Shown here one piece after another: positions 58,201 to 64,000 of a stretch of 64,000 nt of DNA. Position 1 is the first letter of the stretch. The number at the start of each line of letters is the position of its first letter. The stretch is taken from the NCBI GenBank assembly GCA_041743505.1, contig JBGTMQ010000008.1, positions 5,183 to 69,182 on the forward strand. The letters run 5' to 3'. The notes beneath the pieces are model-generated. The model did no database searches and was not told where the DNA came from. It worked only from the letters and a program-made list of their open reading frames with translations. The position numbers and the translations under genes were made by a program. This DNA is from Candidatus Saccharimonadia bacterium (GTDB taxonomy: Bacteria > Patescibacteriota > Saccharimonadia > UBA4664).

Positions 58201-58625
58201 TAGAGGCCTATGGCGCCGCCAACACGCTCCAGGAAATCCTGACTATCAAGAGTGATGATGTGGTCGGCCGCTCCAAGGCCTACGAGGCCATCATCAAGAG
58301 CGACGAGATCCGCGGGCCGCGCATTCCAGAAAGCTTTAACGTGCTGGTCAAGGAGCTTCAGTCATTGATGCTCGACGTGGAGTTGACCCGAGAGGGCGGC
58401 ACCGCTATCGCCGATGCTGAAACAGTCATTGCCGAGCGCCTCGAAGATGAAATTACCGAGTTAGGTACTGAAAAAATCATCGAAGGCGAAGCGGTCGTGG
58501 CCAATATGCCGCTAGTAGATCTAGCAGCTGGTGGAGAAGATGAATTTGAACTCCTGAGTGACGCTAACGCCGAGCCGGATGAAATCGAGGAGGCCGAAGA
58601 AGCCACTGAGGAGATAAAGGGTTAA
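55224..58625 (+). CDS. rpoB: DNA-directed RNA polymerase beta subunit
   Basis: 1133 aa with conserved beta-subunit blocks. AAAGGAG SD before the TTG start. Preceded by a roughly 280-nt leader. Confidence 0.97.
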   Translation: MAQPGARTRKTLNKTKDVLPLPNLIEIQLDSYNWFVTEGLNELFAEINPIDDFTGKSLALYLRDFHFEEPKYTEKTAKIKNASYEVPLKAKAELVNKETGEVREQEIFLGDYPLMTERGTFVINGAERVVVSQLVRSPGVFFTSERGAAGELFGAKVIPGRGAWLELDTSAGGVISVKIDRKRKLPVTTLLRAFGYSTDEEIKNLFKEADDGDIKYIDETLDKDPSKTVSEALMEVYRRIRPGDLATVENSKSLIESMFFDFKRYDFSKVGRYKLNKRLSLDVSNTAENRTLRREDLVAIVAEIVRLNNGHGQAEDIDNLANRRLKMVGELMQGKFRIGLARMERIVKDRMSVYDTATVTPGQLVNVRPIVASVREFFASSQLSQFMSQINPLDEVVHKRRLNAMGPGGLSRERAGFEVRDVHKTHYGRLCPIETPEGPNIGLVSNLATYAKVNEYGFIETPYRKVEKDGKKVHVTDKIVWLDAADEEQSVIAGYGAEIDDNGHFAHPRVAARLKGEAEEVDAAQVDYMDVSSKQIVSVSASLIPFVEHDNAKRALMGANMQKQAVALIKPQAPIVGTGMEATVARDSAQVVLAEHEGVVDSSTASEVTVTYKNGETKSYELTSFARSNVGTSINQRAVVKAGDELKKGDVLVDGMSTEHGELALGQNVLVAFMNWKGFNFEDAIVISQRLVQDDRYTSIHIETHAVDVRDTKLGPEQVTRDIANVSEESLKDLDERGIVRIGAEVTAGDILVGKITPKGEQELSSEEKLLRAIFGEKARDVKDTSLRLPNGERGKVVGVKVFSRENGDELQAGVIEQYHVSVAQMRKISVGDKMAGRHGNKGVIARILPVEDMPYLENGTPVDFCLNPLGVGKRMNIGQIFETHMGWAAAALGYTVASPVFDGVKLEQIKAELKKAGLPEDGKTQLYDGQTGEPFQERTTVGYKYMLKLQHMVDDKIHARSTGPYAMVTQQPLGGKAQMGGQRFGEMEVWALEAYGAANTLQEILTIKSDDVVGRSKAYEAIIKSDEIRGPRIPESFNVLVKELQSLMLDVELTREGGTAIADAETVIAERLEDEITELGTEKIIEGEAVVANMPLVDLAAGGEDEFELLSDANAEPDEIEEAEEATEEIKG

Positions 58626-58627
58626 GT

Positions 58628-62491
<3,864 letters not shown>

Positions 62492-62502
62492 AATTCAAGA
62501 CC

Positions 62503-62925
62503 ATGCCAACTATCAACCAACTTTTGCGCAAACCCCGTCAAGATCAGAAGAGCAAGTCTCGTACTGTGGCCCTGCTTCGCGTAACCAATTCACTCAAGAA
62601 TAAAAGCTACGCTAAACCCTCTCCGCTCAAGCGTGGGGTCTGTGTCAAAGTCTCGACGACCACTCCCCGTAAACCAAACTCAGCCCTTCGTAAAATCGCT
62701 CGTGTCCGTCTTACCAATGGCATGGAGGTCACAGCCTACATACCAGGTATCGGCCATAACCTGCAAGAGCACTCAGTCGTGCTGGTTCGTGGCGGCCGCC
62801 GCAAGGACTTGCCAGGTGTGCGCTACATTGTAGTTCGCGGCGCCCTCGACACCGCCGGCGTAGCCAAGCGCGCCCAGGGCCGCAGTCGCTACGGTGCCAA
62901 GAAGGACAAGGCCGGGTCCAAATAA
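62503..62925 (+). CDS. rpsL: 30S ribosomal protein S12
   Basis: [12 protein letters not shown]...VRGG..DLPGVRY. Confidence 0.95.
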   Translation: MPTINQLLRKPRQDQKSKSRTVALLRVTNSLKNKSYAKPSPLKRGVCVKVSTTTPRKPNSALRKIARVRLTNGMEVTAYIPGIGHNLQEHSVVLVRGGRRKDLPGVRYIVVRGALDTAGVAKRAQGRSRYGAKKDKAGSK

Positions 62926-62993
62926 TAGCTTAATGCATCTACCGCCCGGCCTTTCGATTAGCTGGTGCGGGAGTATCTGAAAGAGAGAATTGC

Positions 62994-63470
62994 ATGCCCC
63001 GTAAAACTACCAAATCCCTCAAGCGTACTCTTCAACCCGACTTGCGCTACAACAACGTATTGGTCACCAAAATGACCAATAAGATTATGCGCGACGGCAA
63101 GCGCAGTCTGGCCGAAGGCCTGCTGTACGATGCACTGGCCGCCGTCGAGGAAAAGGGTAAGCAGCCGGCGATCGAAATCTTTGAAACGGCACTCAAAAAT
63201 GTCGCTCCAACCGTCATGGTGAAGGCCAAACGTATCGGTGGCGCCACCTACCAGGTGCCAATGGAAGTCCGCGGTGATCGCAAGATTCACCTGGCCATGA
63301 CCTGGATCCTGGCCGCTGCCCGTGGCAAGAGCGGCAAGAGCTTTGATGCCCGCCTGACCGACGAATTGCTGAACGCCTACAATGGCACCGGTGACGCGGT
63401 CAAGAAACGCGAAGACACCCACCGTATGGCCGAAGCCAACAAAGCCTTCGCGCACTTCGCCCGCTACTAA
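62994..63470 (+). CDS. rpsG: 30S ribosomal protein S7
   Basis: MPRKTTKSLKR...GKRSLAEGLLYDAL. Confidence 0.95.
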   Translation: MPRKTTKSLKRTLQPDLRYNNVLVTKMTNKIMRDGKRSLAEGLLYDALAAVEEKGKQPAIEIFETALKNVAPTVMVKAKRIGGATYQVPMEVRGDRKIHLAMTWILAAARGKSGKSFDARLTDELLNAYNGTGDAVKKREDTHRMAEANKAFAHFARY

Positions 63471-63495
63471 ACAAAAATAACTAAATTGCCGATTG

Positions 63496-63516
63496 CCGCC
63501 CACCCGGGCGGTTTTT
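63496..63516 (+). terminator. Rho-independent terminator CCGCCC-ACCC-GGGCGG followed by TTTTT after rpsG
   Basis: A second convergent hairpin lies at 63555-63584 for the minus-strand gene. Confidence 0.65.
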
Positions 63517-63590
63517 GGGTATGCTATCTTGCTTTTTCTCCCGTCAAATAAAACGCCCGGCCAAGTTTCCCTGGTCGGGCGGTACAAAGG

Positions 63591-64000
63591 TCAATGGTGA
63601 TGTTTGTGGGAATGGGGTGAAGGCGTATCAGGACTATGACCCTGTTTATGTTTAACCAGTAGCCATAGACCCTTCGCGACAGCTATGAGCATCATCAGAC
63701 CAATGAGCGTCAGAATAGCAATGCCGCCACCCTTGTTCCATGCACCGGACCCAAGCACAAACGCCAGAACGCTGCAAACTGCGGCGATCGGAGCAGCCAG
63801 CATGTCTCCCAAAAGGTCAAGCTTCACGCTATGGTGGTGGACATCGCCGGCTTGGTGGATCCAGTGATGACCAAGGCGATTACAGCAGAAGTTAATCGCT
63901 GCAAACACCACCGTTACCACACAGGCAGTAGCGCTGATCACGCCAGGCGGCTCTAGGAAGAAGGCTAAGAGTGCCCACCCGAAGACGATCGGTGCAGCAG
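63591..64000 (-). CDS. Cation diffusion facilitator (CzcD/ZitB-like) transporter. Only the C-terminal part is in the window; the 5' end lies beyond it.
   Basis: HHHSVKLDLLGDMLAAPIAAVCSVLAFVLG is the CDF TM5 signature. His-rich C-terminal tail. Confidence 0.6.
   Translation of the reverse strand, partial: AAPIVFGWALLAFFLEPPGVISATACVVTVVFAAINFCCNRLGHHWIHQAGDVHHHSVKLDLLGDMLAAPIAAVCSVLAFVLGSGAWNKGGGIAILTLIGLMMLIAVAKGLWLLVKHKQGHSPDTPSPHSHKHHH

Overview
The window is a gene-dense bacterial chromosomal segment (about 55-58% GC) with predominantly Gram-positive-type or CPR-like gene organisation. TTG and GTG starts are common, and many adjacent genes overlap by 1 or 4 nt (ATGA, GTGA, TAATG). Core housekeeping genes are unambiguous: a gatC-gatA-[3 inserted genes]-gatB operon, dnaE, rplS, rnhB, yraN, pepN, nusA, clpC, radA plus a PIN/TRAM (YacL-like) gene, an ABC importer pair, PBP1A, tyrS, recG, rsmD, tRNA-Leu(TAG), xth, tig, clpP, def, rpoB, rpoC, rpsL and rpsG, with a convergent CDF transporter fragment at the right edge. 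No CRISPR array, rRNA or obvious transposase was found. Nine things stand out.
1. Three tandem paralogous two-TM membrane-protein genes (770-3088), each carrying its own copy of a conserved roughly 50-nt palindromic terminator element.
2. Perfect and near-perfect CIRCE (HrcA) operators upstream of clpC and clpP.
3. A lower-GC three-gene module (8020-12550): a divergent DEAH/HA2 helicase, a multi-Zn-ribbon protein and an unknown protein, with its own consensus promoter and terminators.
4. Two tandem paralogous proteins, each built from three HTH repeats, directly upstream of tRNA-Leu.
5. An AT-rich segment after the tRNA holding a convergent, overlapping gene pair that shares a homologous C-terminal module.
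6. A 480-bp structured intergenic region before tig that ends in tandem rho-independent terminators and probably encodes an ncRNA.
7. An RNase H-domain protein with an unknown N-terminal domain.
8. A TM plus possible HEPN-like (Rx4H) protein, a Nudix hydrolase and an HD hydrolase translationally coupled inside the gatCAB operon.
9. Extended tails on rplS, def, YacL and PBP1A.
None of these can be assigned to a known named system from sequence alone. They are candidates ranked by interest, not confirmed systems.
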